Below are positions 38,775 through 52,089 of a stretch of DNA of 64,000 nt, in pieces. The stretch spans positions 54,002,001-54,066,000 of the forward strand of contig OZ296648.1 in NCBI GenBank assembly GCA_965655095.1. The letters run 5' to 3'. Within the stretch, counting starts at the first letter, position 1. Each line of letters begins with the position of its first letter. A program made the translations under genes and the position numbers. Under the pieces are notes generated by a model. That model saw nothing but the letters and a program-made list of their open reading frames with translations, did no database searches and had not been told where the DNA came from. This DNA is from Haplodiscus bocki (lineage: Eukaryota).

Positions 38775-38854
38775 GTCTTGTATAATACAGCTTTGTGAGC
38801 GGCACCGCGGTTAGGTAGCCCGGAGGTTGCGGGTGCGAATCCCGCATTCGGCCA
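38775..38854 (+). pseudogene. tRNA-derived fragment or SINE head
   Basis: T-arm-like stem GCGGG-TGCGAAT-CCCGC (38829-38845) after GGAGGTT; the acceptor and D arms do not pair well. Confidence 0.45.
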
Positions 38855-41701
38855 TAATTTCTCAGATTTTTGTTTCGTTATTTCTTCTAACTTTTTAAAT
38901 GGCAAAGAACGGGGCTTTTTCCTGAAAAATTCTTATAACATTGATAAATGGTTTTTTCTCAAAGTCATCCGTTTCCGTTGTAACTGAAACAAAACTTTCT
39001 TATTCAAATCTTTTTCAAAATTTCAAATACTTTTCGAATTTGTTAAAAAGTGAAAAAGATTAAAAATCTGTTGAAAAGTTCAATAAAAATAAATGCAAAA
39101 AATGATGTCTCATTTTTTGCTATCTGTTTTCACTCCCGTAGTTTTTCTAGGGCCAAGAAATACTTCGTTTTTGAAAATATATCTGCTGGAGCTCATCGTT
39201 GTGTGATCTCTAAGTTGATGGAAGGCCAGAAGCGCCTATTATTAATGATTATCCTTGGAGTTGAACCTCATTTTACTGCAAAAATACGGAGTCCAATCAT
39301 ATGATCTAGGTCTCACTCGACAACATTCTACTTTCAGTGAATTCTTAGGTTGGACAGTTTTTGATTTTGATCCTTTCATCAGAGTCCTGATAATCCGAAA
39401 TGTCCAAAAAGTGCGATCAGTGTTGACTTGACTTTATATCCAGACTCATCATCATTCTCGGTAACTGCAGGTTTGATTTCTTCTACCTAAGTCCCACTTT
39501 TAAGGTTTCTGTTTTATTAGGAGTTCATGTGTTAAAAACTGTCAATTCAGTTTCCTGCTTTGGAACCCTCATAGTCCAAAAATGCCGGAAATTTTTTCAA
39601 GGCATGCTCTTCTCGATTTTGACATTCATGTTTCTCTATAACTACTGACTTGATTTCTTCTTTCAAAATCTTATTTGAAAGTTTTTTTTTACTCTTGCTG
39701 GAATTTTTGGAAGAAAAATCATTGATTTTGTTCCGTTCAGTGGAATGTTCTGGGATCAGAAATGCGAGAAAGTGCTATTAGTCTTGATATACCTCGATAA
39801 TCAAACATATGTTTTTTTTTCAACTCTACTTGTTTCATTTTTTCGTTAAGTTGTCTATCGATGGCCTTTTGCTAACGCAAAACTATATGTTTTTAAAATT
39901 CATAGAATTTTTTTCTACCTTGGAATCGGAATTCTTATGGGTCAAAAGTGGCAAAAGTGCTTTTACTTTAGACATTTCTCGATATTCCAACTCATCCTTT
40001 TCAAAAACTGCAGCTTCGAATTTTTCCATCAAGGTCGGAATTGTCACTGTTATATTATTGAGGGACTCTCAAGTTGAAAAATCTCTGATTTTATTCCTTA
40101 GATTTGAATTCTAATGGGCCGAAAATGCGAAATAGATCTATTAATACTGTTATTTTGTCATTTTTCAAACTCACAATTCTCTGAAGCTACCGACTGGAAT
40201 TCTTCCGTTAAGGTCTCCATCCAGATTTTTTTTGAGAAAATTGAGTTTCATTTCAAAACCATTCGCTGTATGATCAATGAATGATTCATCCGCTGCTGTG
40301 ACGGAAAATATCCCAGTTCGACTGCGCCTCTTGTTCAAGGATTAAACTAGCACCGCTAGTTTTGTGTGGTTCTGTTTCGTGTAATTGAGTGGGGTTGGAG
40401 TTCATCCATGTGAGCTTATCTACCTTGAGAAAACGTACATCAAGTCCCGATTTTTCCACTCATTGCTATGCTATTACAATACTATGTCATGGCACACTAT
40501 TATTGCAAGCCGAAAAAGTGTATAATTTTTAATTTTTAATGATTGTAAAGTAACTTCTCGGCTGATTGAAGACCTACTTTCACGGAAGCAATGTTCCTGT
40601 GGTTCCGGGTTACTGACCTTGTTTCTCTCGATCGCCGATTTGCGTAAAACCCAAGCGGTGTGATGTAATTAGAAACAAATTAGCGCTGCCCTCAAAAATT
40701 GTCAGAGGAAAAGGTTGCTGTTGCAACAATCAGAACATGCCGACCCACCAAAAGCTAATCAGTGTTTAATTGGCCCAACCCGTTCCAAAAAAACTTCATG
40801 AAGCTGACAGATGATTTCGCATTTTGGAAACCTTGGAGTGTGTCCCATTGATTTGAAAAAAAAATGAATCTTTTTTCTAAAAAGTCTCGTCGCTCGGAGA
40901 CGAACTTGAGCTTTCGGGATGACTTTTGATTTTTAGATTTGTGATCCAAAAAATGTTCTTTAATTGAAGAACCAAATCTGATGTTTTGATGACATCTTTG
41001 GGTGCGAGTCGCATTTCTGATAACTTTGTTGGAGACTGACCTCAAATTTTGCATGCGAGCTTTCATCAATAGTCTTCTGGTCTGTCAAAAACAAGTTCAC
41101 AATTTCTCTCTGAAGTTCCTGTTATAAATTTTGTGTCTACAACTTTTACGTTGATGTTGGGAAAGTCAAAACAAGTATTTTGTGCCGTTTTCGAGCAATA
41201 CGTATAAGTTTACTCAAATGAGACGTTCTATTTCCAATGGATTTATTCATGCTTTGAATTAAAACCAAATCGATTGTTTTTGTTCTGCATTGAGAAAAAA
41301 GATGGAGATAAAATCAATTTCCAAAGAATTATTCATAAATTTAATCCAAAGTAAAACAAAATGTTTCTTCATATAGGAGCTTTTGAGAACTCTTGAATTC
41401 TTTGGCGACAAACTAGGTCTTTTCTTCTTTTGAAAAAAAATATCGGTGAGTTTTTCGAGACAACTACTCATCAATTTTTCACTAATAATTTTTTTTCAAT
41501 TATGAAGGAATTGCATTTTCAATTATTAAGGATTTCCAGGCTTCAAATTTTGCTCTCAGTGTTGTTTTTCAATTTTTCGCTCATAAAAGTAACTTGTAGT
41601 CTAATTTGAACAGTTGCGTGTAAATGCAGGTATTTGTTTTCAATTTTACAACGGAGGTACAAATTTAAATGTCAAATTTTGTATTCCCAGGATACGTGTA
41701 A

Positions 41702-41901
41702 NNNNNNNNNNNNNNNNNNNNNNNNNNNNNNNNNNNNNNNNNNNNNNNNNNNNNNNNNNNNNNNNNNNNNNNNNNNNNNNNNNNNNNNNNNNNNNNNNNN
41801 NNNNNNNNNNNNNNNNNNNNNNNNNNNNNNNNNNNNNNNNNNNNNNNNNNNNNNNNNNNNNNNNNNNNNNNNNNNNNNNNNNNNNNNNNNNNNNNNNNNN
41901 N
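41702..41901. other. Assembly gap (200 N)
   Basis: Run of exactly 200 N. Confidence 1.
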
Positions 41902-42249
41902 TTACGAAAATTGTTTCTTGTTGTGATGTTTACGTAAACATGACAGACTGGGAAAGGCTTTTTACATTCAATTCTACGAAAAAAACGTTTTTTCAAACTT
42001 TTTTATCTTCATTAGTTTAAATGGACGTCTACAACGCCAAGAACATCTGAAAGTTGCAGTTAAAGTTTCACTAAAATGTTAGCAAAACCATCAAATCTCT
42101 AATTTACTTGTGCATTTCAAGAAAGTTTGGAGAAGTACAGCGCATCATTCGTTTTATTGCACTTTTGCTGAGCGCCCAAGAAAAAATTTTGCAATCGTTC
42201 AAGTATTTACTTAATGCTAAAAAACAAAATAAGTGTGATAACTGGCAAA

Positions 42250-45200
42250 AATTCATGATAACGATTAGGCTTTTCATTGTCCTTAGAAAAAAGCGGTAGT
42301 TGTAGTTTTTTTTGTGTTTGGTATAAAGAAACAAACATCAAAAACCAATACCCATCTTGCTGAATTTAAGAAAAAAAAAGTTTTCAAAGTAATCGACATT
42401 GTGATGCTTGTAATATTTTCGTTAAACTAAGAAGTAAAACTTTTAACAGAGGTGAGCTGCAAAAAAACTTACTTATGTGACCGCGCACTTACAACAAAAT
42501 TCAAAATGGAAAAACAGCGAAGAGTATAAACTATCTCTTCAGCCTCAAGGAAGATCAAAAACGTCAATACTAGTCAAAAGTAAGACCCCTCAGTACTTCA
42601 TTTGTTAACGATTTTCTCAGGATAGAAGCTTACGAAAAATTGATTGAAATTGAAAACGTTGAGTCAGTTAAGAAAATATGTTGAAGCTTTGCAGAAAAAT
42701 ATGAGACCTAAGTCTTTAAACAGAGTTTTCTCTATGTTTTGTTTGAATAAAGTTTTACTGATTGTCACTTTGGTAACCGCATTTTGGATATAGACGATAT
42801 GTACTTAAATCCAGAACGAAAACTTTTTACAACCTCAGAACATACAAACAATATCTATCCACAATCTTCTTTTTAGCGTATGTGTGATGTACAGAAATGA
42901 AGGTCCGTGGGTTGCAATTTTTTGATAATCATCACCGAGGACGTTAAACTTTTGAACATAACAGACAAAGGAGGTAGGAGTTACGTTAAACTGCCTAAGA
43001 GCTTTTGATACATCACAAAAATCAAAAACATTGAAAAAACTAACTGCACAATGGGTGTATTTGAGCACATTCCTATTCTGCAAGAAAAACTTTTTCTGAG
43101 TGGCAGCTATTACAAAATTTTTAATTGGCTTTGAACGAACATGCATGGTTTGGATTTTACCAATTAGCTAAAATTTAGATTCTTCCACCAATTAGAAAAA
43201 GAAAAAAATTATCAAAACATGTCACTGAAATGGGCAAAAAAAACCTTTTTGCCCTAAACTTCTACGAAAAGACAAACTAGAGAATGGAAACTTTCAACGA
43301 CTGATAGTTGAATACTTAATCTTTCAGTGAAGTTTTTAAAATCTATATAAAAAGGAGATATTTTCGTAGCTAGCGAACCTTGAAGAAAATTATATTAAAG
43401 TTGTTTAACGACTTTCACCACAAAAAACACATTCAGAGACCACAAAAAATTCAACCTCAAAAAACAAGCTTCTAGAAAAAAATTCAGACGGAAAGTCTTC
43501 AGCATTTGGGAACCTTTTTAAATTTTTTTCATCTTTTCTAGCAGTTGTTGATTTTGATTGAGAGAATAAAGTAATCCAAGTCACAAATAACGGCAAAAAG
43601 ATAGGGAGCAAAAGCCTGTCAGCTGGGGATTGACTGCATTTTGTGAAAAAAATTTCTCTAAATTTTTCGAAACCCAGTTACCAATTTTATTCCGCAGAAC
43701 GTTTGGGGAAACTTTTTGTAAAATTTACAAAAGATTCACAAAAACAGAACGAAGTATAAAAAAGAAATTTAAAAACAAAGTGGACTGCAAAAGACGAAAA
43801 ACAGCAATAACGCAGAAAGGCGGCCCATTTGTGAAGAAAAATATATTTGTGCTGATGAGTAGATTGACTTTGAGATCCTACAAAAAAAGAGGAAACTGAA
43901 GATAGAAGTCTTGTGAAAAAGCTTAACGACAAAACTTCTGTGACAATTACAATATAACGGGAAAATAAAGGAGAGCAACGCATGTGATATGTAACCTGAA
44001 CATCGGACAATCTTAATTCATGTTCCAACCTATAGGTTTCGACCAAAAAAAAACACGAAGCTCATTTATTTATTACAGAAGTGAAAAAACTGGAAAAAAA
44101 AATGTGGATATGACTTTGACCACGAAAATTCATGAAGAAAAGTTTCATTTATTTTTGGTTGCTTAGGGTTCATTGATTTGTTTAGTCCAATGATTACTAG
44201 ATTAGTAAAGTACAGAGTACAGAAAACAAGAAAAGTAATCAAAGATCATTGCGAAATTGTTATGAAAGAATTAGTTTACCCTTATAGAGCACTCCAAAAC
44301 AACACGGATTTGACAAGCCTTTTGCAGAGACCAGCAAAGCAGATTCCTATCCGACTTTAACAGAAGAAACCCCAACAAAAAAGAGAGTTTGGGAACAAAA
44401 TCATTCAAAAACCAATCACAAAACAGGAAGAAAATCAGGAGATTTTTATAAAATGACACAGCTACATCAAAATAGCAGATATTTTCCCAAAAAACTTAAA
44501 AATTTCATATGAAACCTATGCGCTTGTTCCATTATTTGTTGTATCAACCTCTAGTTATATGTGTTCATGTTCCTCAGATAAAACAAAACAAAGAATGGAA
44601 TTGCTAGAGGTTGAGGATTTATTTTTACCAGTAGAGAAACAAATTGGAGGCGGTCTTTTTGGTGGGGTTTGAACCCAATTTTTCAAAAGGATTAGAAAAT
44701 GAGTGTTATGATACAGAGATGCAAGTTATTTATATGGGTGGGATATGACTGAAGCTTTCCTCTATGCTGGGTATGACTTAATAAACACATTTTCGAAAAC
44801 AACATTTTGTACTAGTGGTGACTAGGAAACTGGCTACTTTGTAGACGCTGACTTAAAACATACCGATGCCATGAAATCAAAACACCATTTCTTTTCGCTA
44901 AACACGGAAGGTGAAAATCTGACAAAATGATTTTCACTGACTTAATGAAAAACAGTTGGCGACTTGAAACTGGACCTGTGAAGAAAGGTATTTGTAGAAA
45001 ATCTGAAAAAAAAACAGTTAATTCACAAGGCAAAACAATTATAAAATTCATCAGGAAAGCAAGATAAAAAATAAGAAACTAAAAACTTTGAAAAATCTAT
45101 TTAGGAGAATTAGCCAGAACCTTTTGCGACTGAATGTTGAGCTAGGAGCTACAAGTGAGAAAGAGTCGGAAGAAAAATTTTGCAAAGGTTCCAACAACAG

Positions 45201-46010
45201 TCTTCTTGGGAAATATTTGAAAAACGTGAAAACCAGATTAGGAAAAGTACCAGCAAAAACTGCTGTTGAATGTGTTGAAACACAGTCTAATATGAGTTAC
45301 AATACCTGTAAACAATAATATGCAGAAGGTGGAGGTGATTTTGTTACTATGCTCCCTCCTAAAGAAAGTATTCACATTTGACGAGCTGATACTCATAGAA
45401 GTTTTTTATTTAGGACATTCACAGTTAGTCATGTATATTACGTAATGAGAAAATTGAAATCCTATTTTGGAGAACATACTTTATATATCAATTTCAAATA
45501 TACCGACTCATCTTTAAAAACTGTTGAGTCAAAGAATTTAGTTAAAAGCCTCAAAAATTTACAAAACACTTACATGTTCGACTTTAGTGACATAAAACAA
45601 TAAACTGATTTAAGTTACGCATTGAAAAGGGAGTTCGGTATTTTTCTGAACGGAAACGCCGGCTTCACTCGACTAAGAGAAATTTTGTACATTAAGAAAA
45701 AATACTTTGGTTACACACATGACAATGGGGAAGATTGTGTAAAACCTGAGGAATAACAAAAATCTTCATCGAAAATTATAAGTGTTGCCAAAGGGTAAGG
45801 TTGTCTAAACATCGAAAATTATAAGTGTTGTCAAAGGTTAAGGTTGTCTAAATACCGTACTTAAAGGAAGAAAGCTTGATATCAAAAAATATATTTTGAA
45901 AGACGATCATCACGACGAGTTTGTTCGATCCAATGAGAAAAAGGAGTTTTAGTGGTTTTGACGATGAGAAAATATAGAAAAACGCAATTGACAATGAACT
46001 TTGAGGAATT
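42250..46010 (+). pseudogene. Decayed Polinton/adintovirus-type protein-primed DNA polymerase B, copy 1
   Basis: Ordered degenerate motifs: FLAVVDFD (~43540, ExoI); CDNYNITGK*RRATHVICNL (~43940-44000, like RDHCH.TGKYRGAAH..CNL); GFIDL (~44165); MKELVYPY (~44260, like RKGVYPY); IADIF..ETYALVP (~44470-44530); IGGG..YRDASYLYGWDMTEAF (~44645-44760, like YLDANNLYGWAMSQPLP); KGSNNSLLGKYLKNVKTR (~45185, like KLMNNS.FGKT.ENVR.R); KYTDS (~45500); SGFDDEK (~45950). Many stops and frameshifts. Confidence 0.9.
45767..45852. repeat. 43-bp tandem duplication inside the pPolB relic
   Basis: CATCGAAAATTATAAGTGTTG(C/T)CAAAGG(G/T)TAAGGTTGTCTAAA occurs twice, at 45767 and 45810. Confidence 0.9.
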
Positions 46011-46249
46011 TTAAATGCTTCATTTTTGCTTTTTTTGTACTCTTTTGCGTTTGTCTTCAAAAAATATAATTTGTTTCTCTACTACCTGTTTGTATTCTTA
46101 TTACAAGCAAAGTTATGTATTGGTATTTGTTGTTTCATTTTTCAAAATTAGAAAAAGTGATTTTTAGAGGGACGTCTTTTTTAGATATTTTAAACGTAAG
46201 AATGCAATCAATGTTCACAATATTGTCAGCCCACAAGAGTCTTACAAAT

Positions 46250-46960
46250 TAGTTTGAATAGATAAATGTATTGAATTAAAATCATGTAGATCCAAAAAAA
46301 CCCACGAGAAGATATCGAGAGCAACTGGATTGTCAACAAGAACATTAACCCGACAATGGTCAGACACTGGTTTTAAAAATTGTGGTGGTTTTGAAAGAGG
46401 GAAGAGGAAGAACTAAAACAATTTGAGGTGAAAAAAGATAACGAGAATATCAAACTCAACCCGGAAAAAGTTTATTAGGAATCATTGTGAAAGAGATGAA
46501 GTGGATTTTTTCGAGCCAGATTTTTACGGAGTTGGCTTAGAAAAATACATAAAATTTTTGAGCTTTTAAATGGAGGAAATTGAGTTACGGAAAAGCAATA
46601 TGAAAATTCAATGAAAGAGATTGGAGAAATTTTGGAAGGAGCACCGAATAGGAGTTTTGACACCAAAAAAAACTTAGCACAGAAAATAATCAGCGAACGT
46701 GAAGTAGCAACAGAAATGCTGAAAGTCGCTCGACAGTTGTCTATAAAAAAGAACTTTTTTTCTAGCTGAATCAAACAAACAATGAGAAATTTGGAAAAAA
46801 ATGGGCTAACAGAATCAAAAAACGGTTTTCAAAAACTTTTTAAGAGAAAACATAGGTTTGGAAAAAAATTAAGTCTGAAAAAAATCTGAATGCAGATATA
46901 CAAAGGTTTTAGGAAAAAATAAAAGTGAAATGTAATCAAATAAAAACTTAGGTTTAAACT
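46250..46960 (+). pseudogene. Decayed Lys/Glu-rich ORF X downstream of pPolB, copy 1
   Basis: Nucleotide homology with 51150-51830 (-), e.g. GCAACTGGATTGTC, TGGTCAGACACTGG, TTAAATGGAGGAAATTGA. Product unrecognised. Confidence 0.55.
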
Positions 46961-47549
46961 TTAAGAAAAGCCCTTTGGTTTGCTCATTCATATGGTATAT
47001 ATTTTGTTTAAATGCAGTCGGTTTAAGGCATCGTTTGCCACACTCCCCACGAATTTTGTTCTCCTCATTTATTTTAATGGAAACATGTGTAAAACTTACG
47101 TTTACTTTGTTTTTATTTTTTTCATTGAAAACTTACCAACTTATATGATATTATTACGAAAGCTTTTAAGAGGTAATTATCATCATAGACAATTTTGTAC
47201 GAAAGACCTTTGAAGCAGTTTTCTCTGATTTTGGAGATAAGAAAAAACCGAGAAACGCAGTTGACAGTAAACATTGCGGAGAATAAGAAAATCAAAGTTG
47301 TCTTTCTGAAGTCAGTCTATTGGCAAAAGTGTAGTTAATGAAATTTGCTTCTCTATGTTCAATTTTTATTTCTATCAGAAGCCTATTTGCCTTTTTCTAC
47401 TTGTTGTTTCCTTTCTTTTATATGAGTAAGAATGTTAATGAGATGTTTGTCAGAATATACTAAACGTATGAATACACACTTCAATTGAAACATTGTGAAC
47501 CTACTAGAATAACAGAAATCAGGTTCACTAGAAGAATGTATAAAAATTA

Positions 47550-48300
47550 AATCCAAAAAGCATAATATAAACCAAAAAATCAAAGGGAACAGGATTGTGA
47601 GCAGGAATTTAATCGAAACCTGGAGGAGTCACTAGTTGGGAATTTCGGGCGTCGATCTACCCGAAAACAGAAGCCAAGCTACACCGAGCCTACAGAAGAT
47701 AAAAAGAACCTCAACCCTATTAAAAAAACGACAAACAAAAAAACTATTGTTAGAGGAAGTGAAGTGGAATCTTGTGCAGGTCAGAGCCGCATGGAATTGC
47801 TTGAAATGTTACAATGAATTTTCAACTTAACAAAAGGAGGAGAAAGATTTACAAAAGAATCACGATGAAACTAAATTGAGCGATTCTGCGGAAAAAAAAG
47901 GAAATATTAATAAAGGCCAACATTGCAACCAAAGAAGAAAAGAAGAGTTGAAGCCGAATCTTTTTAACGAAGATATAGTGCAGCAAAAAAACTAAATGAT
48001 GCTGAACAGATGCTTACACAAAATGAAAAAGACTTAGAATAATCGAAACCAACAAAGAAAAATGTAAAACTTACATAGTGGGTGATGAAATCAGAAAACA
48101 TGTAATAAACATGGTTTTTAATAGCGATGTAGAAAATACTATGAATGCAAAATTTTTTTTTCAAAAAATCTACTAGCAGAGTAAAAAACATTCTACATTT
48201 TAAATAGAAATTCAATAAATTAAACAAGCGATCAAGATGAAACTTTTCTAAAAATCTTCTGCTCAACCTATTCAAAGTGTATAAACTGTTGTATGATTGT
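47550..48300 (+). pseudogene. Probable further paralogous copy of ORF X
   Basis: AAAACATGTAATAAACATGGTTTT matches AAAACATGTTTATAAACCGTTTT in the minus-strand copy, and it is followed by the same downstream segment as at about 47000-47200. Confidence 0.4.
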
Positions 48301-49420
48301 AATTGCTAGAAACATCAATTGCCAAACCTTTTACCAACTCGATGTTCCTCGTTTAGTTCTAGGAAAACATGTCATTTTTGCTTACACTTTGGTTTAACAT
48401 TTTTCTAAATGAAACTCTCCAAATTTTCACGATGTAACCGTCACGTGGTAATCACATCTGTGCTCTTCAGATGGGCTTGGGCAAACACCAAGCACTTGTC
48501 ACGTCCACAGGGAAAAAACAAAACACCATCATTCAAAAAATAACCATCCTTTTCAATTAGTCAACCAGAATGTAATGCATGTTGTGCTACTGGCCTAAGT
48601 TTTGATGAATAATGAAACAATGAACAAATAAAATCAAAGTCAAAAAAAGCAAAAGAGTTATCGCGGTTATCACAAAGAACTATTTTTTCCAATACATCAC
48701 TGATTTATTGAGTACTAGCAGTTTTGGTCTCAATTGACATATTCTCATTTTTCGCTGTTGGACAAAATCTAAGTTCAACTTTGATTTAATTTTTGAAAGA
48801 AAATTAATGTTTATTACTTCATTTCTTAAAAAAATCATTTTTCCCTTTTTGAATTTCTTGAAAAATTTACATTGGGTTTCATTTTCTTTTTTTCAAGGTC
48901 ATTTTCTTGTAACCGTTTTCGAAGCCACTTTTGAAAAAGTTCAATAGTTTTTGAGCTGCGCAAAACATTTTTTTTGTTTGAACACTTTTTGAAAAATTTT
49001 TTTTGAATTTATTTCCTAAGAAATATTGTCACTTAATCATAAACCCCAAATCACCATAGTGCTAATTGTTATAAACTATCAACCCCAATTTTGCAGCAGA
49101 AGTAACGGTTGCGCCAACAAAAACGATTTTTTGATCTGGTTTTAACATAAAGGCCAAAATTTCGTCCTTTCACATTTCTTTCTACTTGTTTTGATTTATT
49201 CTTTGAAATTAGTTATCATCTTTAAGGTTGATAATTGAGTTCATGCAACTATTGTTATCATTTGTTTTTGATTTCCAATCTTTCCTCAACGTCACTGCTT
49301 CCACCAATGAAGTGATTCATCAAAATAGCACTTTCACAATTTGGTTTTAGATATGCAGAAGGTGTCCAACTTGCTTTTGTTCTTTTTCAAAAGTCATGTT
49401 AAATTTATTTCAAATATATA
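48300..49420 (-). pseudogene. Decayed small ORFs Y/Z convergent on pPolB (left arm)
   Basis: Translates PNCESAILMNHFIGGSSDVEERLEIK and HALHSG*LIEKDGYFLNDGVLFFPCG; homologous to 50020-51050 (+). Confidence 0.55.
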
Positions 49421-49712
49421 CATCAATTGTTTTGATTTATAAATACGTGAGAGTACTGGAATGATTTTTTGTAATAGATATTTTGGAACGTTTCTTCCTA
49501 AAAGAAAAGGACTAAAGAAGGACTTATGAAAAAAGTATAAATTAAATATTTGAATTTAATTAATGCGATAAATTTTTAAATTATACTTTATCTGAACTAG
49601 CAAGTAAGATTTTTTTTTATCTTTAATAGTTATTCCAGAAGAGCTATTATAGTTCCAAGAATTATTTTCGACGTTAGTTCTATCACGTTTCCGAATATCA
49701 TGTTAATTAGTA

Positions 49713-49967
49713 TCACAATGCTGTGAGCAGGTTTGGTATACGCACCATCAACTTTCCTTGAAACATCCGTAATGTAAGCACTATCAATTTCTGGGATATA
49801 CCAATCACTTTGTTTTCTATGTTGAGATCAAATTCCATGGCTGAATTTTTATCACAAAATTTAGATATAACTTTTTCAATTCTACTTACTTTACTAGTAT
49901 CTTTTGTTTGGGAATGAAAATTATTAACCTCTAATTGCTTTTTACAATGATTGCAGTAATTTGTCAC
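49713..49967 (-). CDS. Small ORF with an N-terminal CxxC (NYCNHCKK) in the spacer between the two arms
   Basis: 84 open codons from a GTG start; Y-CxxC-KK resembles a half zinc ribbon; the second Cys pair is not intact. Confidence 0.3.
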   Translation of the reverse strand: MTNYCNHCKKQLEVNNFHSQTKDTSKVSRIEKVISKFCDKNSAMEFDLNIENKVIGISQKLIVLTLRMFQGKLMVRIPNLLTAL

Positions 49968-50019
49968 GTTTAAATAACTTATTGTGATCTACAATTTAGA
50001 AACAATTAAATCAACTTTA

Positions 50020-51050
50020 TTTCAATAAATGGAGAAGTGCTTGTTATATGCTTCTGCCCCACTGGAACCTACTGGTAAAAGTATTATTTTGGAACATCGG
50101 CTCATCGGTGGAACTAGTCATGTTGATGATAGATTTAAAAAATAAAAGATATCAACAGCTCCAGTAACTGATTTTCTATCTTTAAAGAGATGATAATTTA
50201 CTTTAAAAATGAAATCAAGATTTTTGAAAAGAATTGTAAGCAGGCAACCATTTGGCCACCTTTCTAAATTAAATTGATACAATCGTTAAAATTGACTGAG
50301 GCTCTACTTCAGTTGCACTAACTATTACAACATTAGAACATAAAGTACTACAGATTACCACTGTGTGGTTCGCGGATCATCAATGCGTGTTATTATTCCA
50401 ACTAACAAAAAGAAAAAAAATAGAAGATCTAATTATGGTGAACGAGCTCAACAAAGAATGAAATCTTTTGATGAATTGTTCAGAAAAAGAATTTGAATTC
50501 GTAGTAAGTGATTTTTTCCACAAAATAGTTAAAAAAGAAAGCGAGACTGAATTTTCGAAAAACTAATTCCTACACATTTGCTTAGAACCGGGAAAATGAA
50601 GCTGAATTTATAATGTTTCCTCAAGTGAAAGTTGAGATTTCTTAAATGAGATCAACTAAAATCATTTATTTTTGATCTACAAAAAAATGGAAAAGTCTGC
50701 CTTTCCTGATACCTAAGAAAACCTTTCTTCTTTTGTTAGTTTTTTTGTTTGGTTGAATCAAATTTTCATCTTTCATCTAGAAAAAAGACAAATCAACCAA
50801 ATGCATTTTCATCTGGTTACCCACCCACTTACGATGGTAGTTTCTTGAAATTTGTCGTTTCTTCTTCCCTGCGATTACAAAAAAGCTTTTCATTTTCGCC
50901 CACTCTCAGGTGAAAGGCAAAATTGTCAGAACAATGTGATAAACACATCTTATAAGTTTTTAAATTTTTATTGGAAACAATATAAATCAAAGTAAACGCA
51001 ATGTTCCCATGTTTTCATAGAACTAATCAAAGGAAACAGAAAAATTTGAG
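50020..51050 (+). pseudogene. Decayed small ORFs Y/Z convergent on pPolB (right arm)
   Basis: PTGKSIILEHRLIGGTSHVDDRFKK and NAFSSGYPPTYDGSFL..FFPCD align with the left-arm ORFs. Confidence 0.55.
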
Positions 51051-51149
51051 TTTCGAAGACGTTGCCATATACCGACTTTTAAAAAACAAATTTTATAAGT
51101 CATAAGAAATGAGAACTAGGGGTTTTTCTAAAAGTTTTACTTCAAAAAT

Positions 51150-51830
51150 TGACTTGAATGCATTTCAGCTTTATCTTTTCCTAAGAGGTTTGTATATCTT
51201 CCCACAGATTTCTCTTCCATAATTCAATTTTTCCGAACCTATGTTGTCTTTTATGTTATTCATGAAAACGGTTTATAAAACATGTTTTGACTATATCGGC
51301 CACTTTTTTTCATAATTTTTCAATCATTGTTTGATTCATCTTATTATCTTTCCCTTTGTATAAAGACCTGTCCAGCAACCTTTGATAATTTTGTTTTCAC
51401 TTCACCTTTGCTAATCAATTCTTATGTCAATTTTTGCAAGGCTTCATTTTTTGAAACTGATACTACTCCCAGATTTTCCGGAATGTCTTTCATTGAGCTT
51501 TCATCTTGTTTCATTTTTGTATTTCAATTTCCTCCATTTAAGAGCTCGGGTACTTATGGGAAATCTTCAAGCCAGTTCCATAAAGTTCTTGTTCGAAAAA
51601 GATCCACCTCATCTCCTTCACACTTAGTCTCTTTAGAGTTTTTAAAAATTTTTCCGGATTGGTGTTGATATTCTCGTTATCCTTTTTAAGCACATTTTTG
51701 TTGATTTTTCTTATATTCACTTTCAAAAGCGCGACGAGTCTCAAACCCAGTGTCTGACCAATGTCATCTTTATGTCGACAATCCAGTTGCCCTCGATTTT
51801 CGTTTTTCGTGTGTTTTAGCTTTAATTGTT
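51150..51830 (-). pseudogene. Decayed ORF X, copy 2
   Basis: Inverted homologue of 46250-46960. Confidence 0.55.
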
Positions 51831-52089
51831 TCTAGTTCTATACATTTATCTAGTAAACGTAGTTTGTAATAAACTTATGGGCTGATGATAATCTGAAACG
51901 TGATCGCAATTTTCTGTTAATTGAAATCTAATAGGGATGTCCTTGGTATGAATACTTTTTTTAGACATAAAAAAAGTAAAATCAAATACAAAGAATAAAA
52001 CGTTCTCTTTTCTGTAGTAGGAAAACAAATTGAAGGTAGAGAAACGGATATAATTGTAGACACAAATGCAAAATGAGGGAGTGTGAAAA

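Noticed and set aside
38775-38854. Functional tRNA gene
   Set aside because: Only the T-arm folds; the TTC of the T-loop is mutated and the acceptor stem is mismatched.
41614-42020. ORFs spanning the N run
   Set aside because: Artefacts of the assembly gap.
43965-43970. TAA at the expected Tyr of GKYRG in both pPolB copies, hinting at stop-codon reassignment
   Set aside because: Both copies have many unrelated stops and frameshifts. A single shared TAA is better explained by a shared or parallel mutation.
50065-50085. P-loop-like PTGKS suggesting a Polinton packaging ATPase
   Set aside because: The homologous position in the left arm reads PNCES, and no clear Walker B follows.
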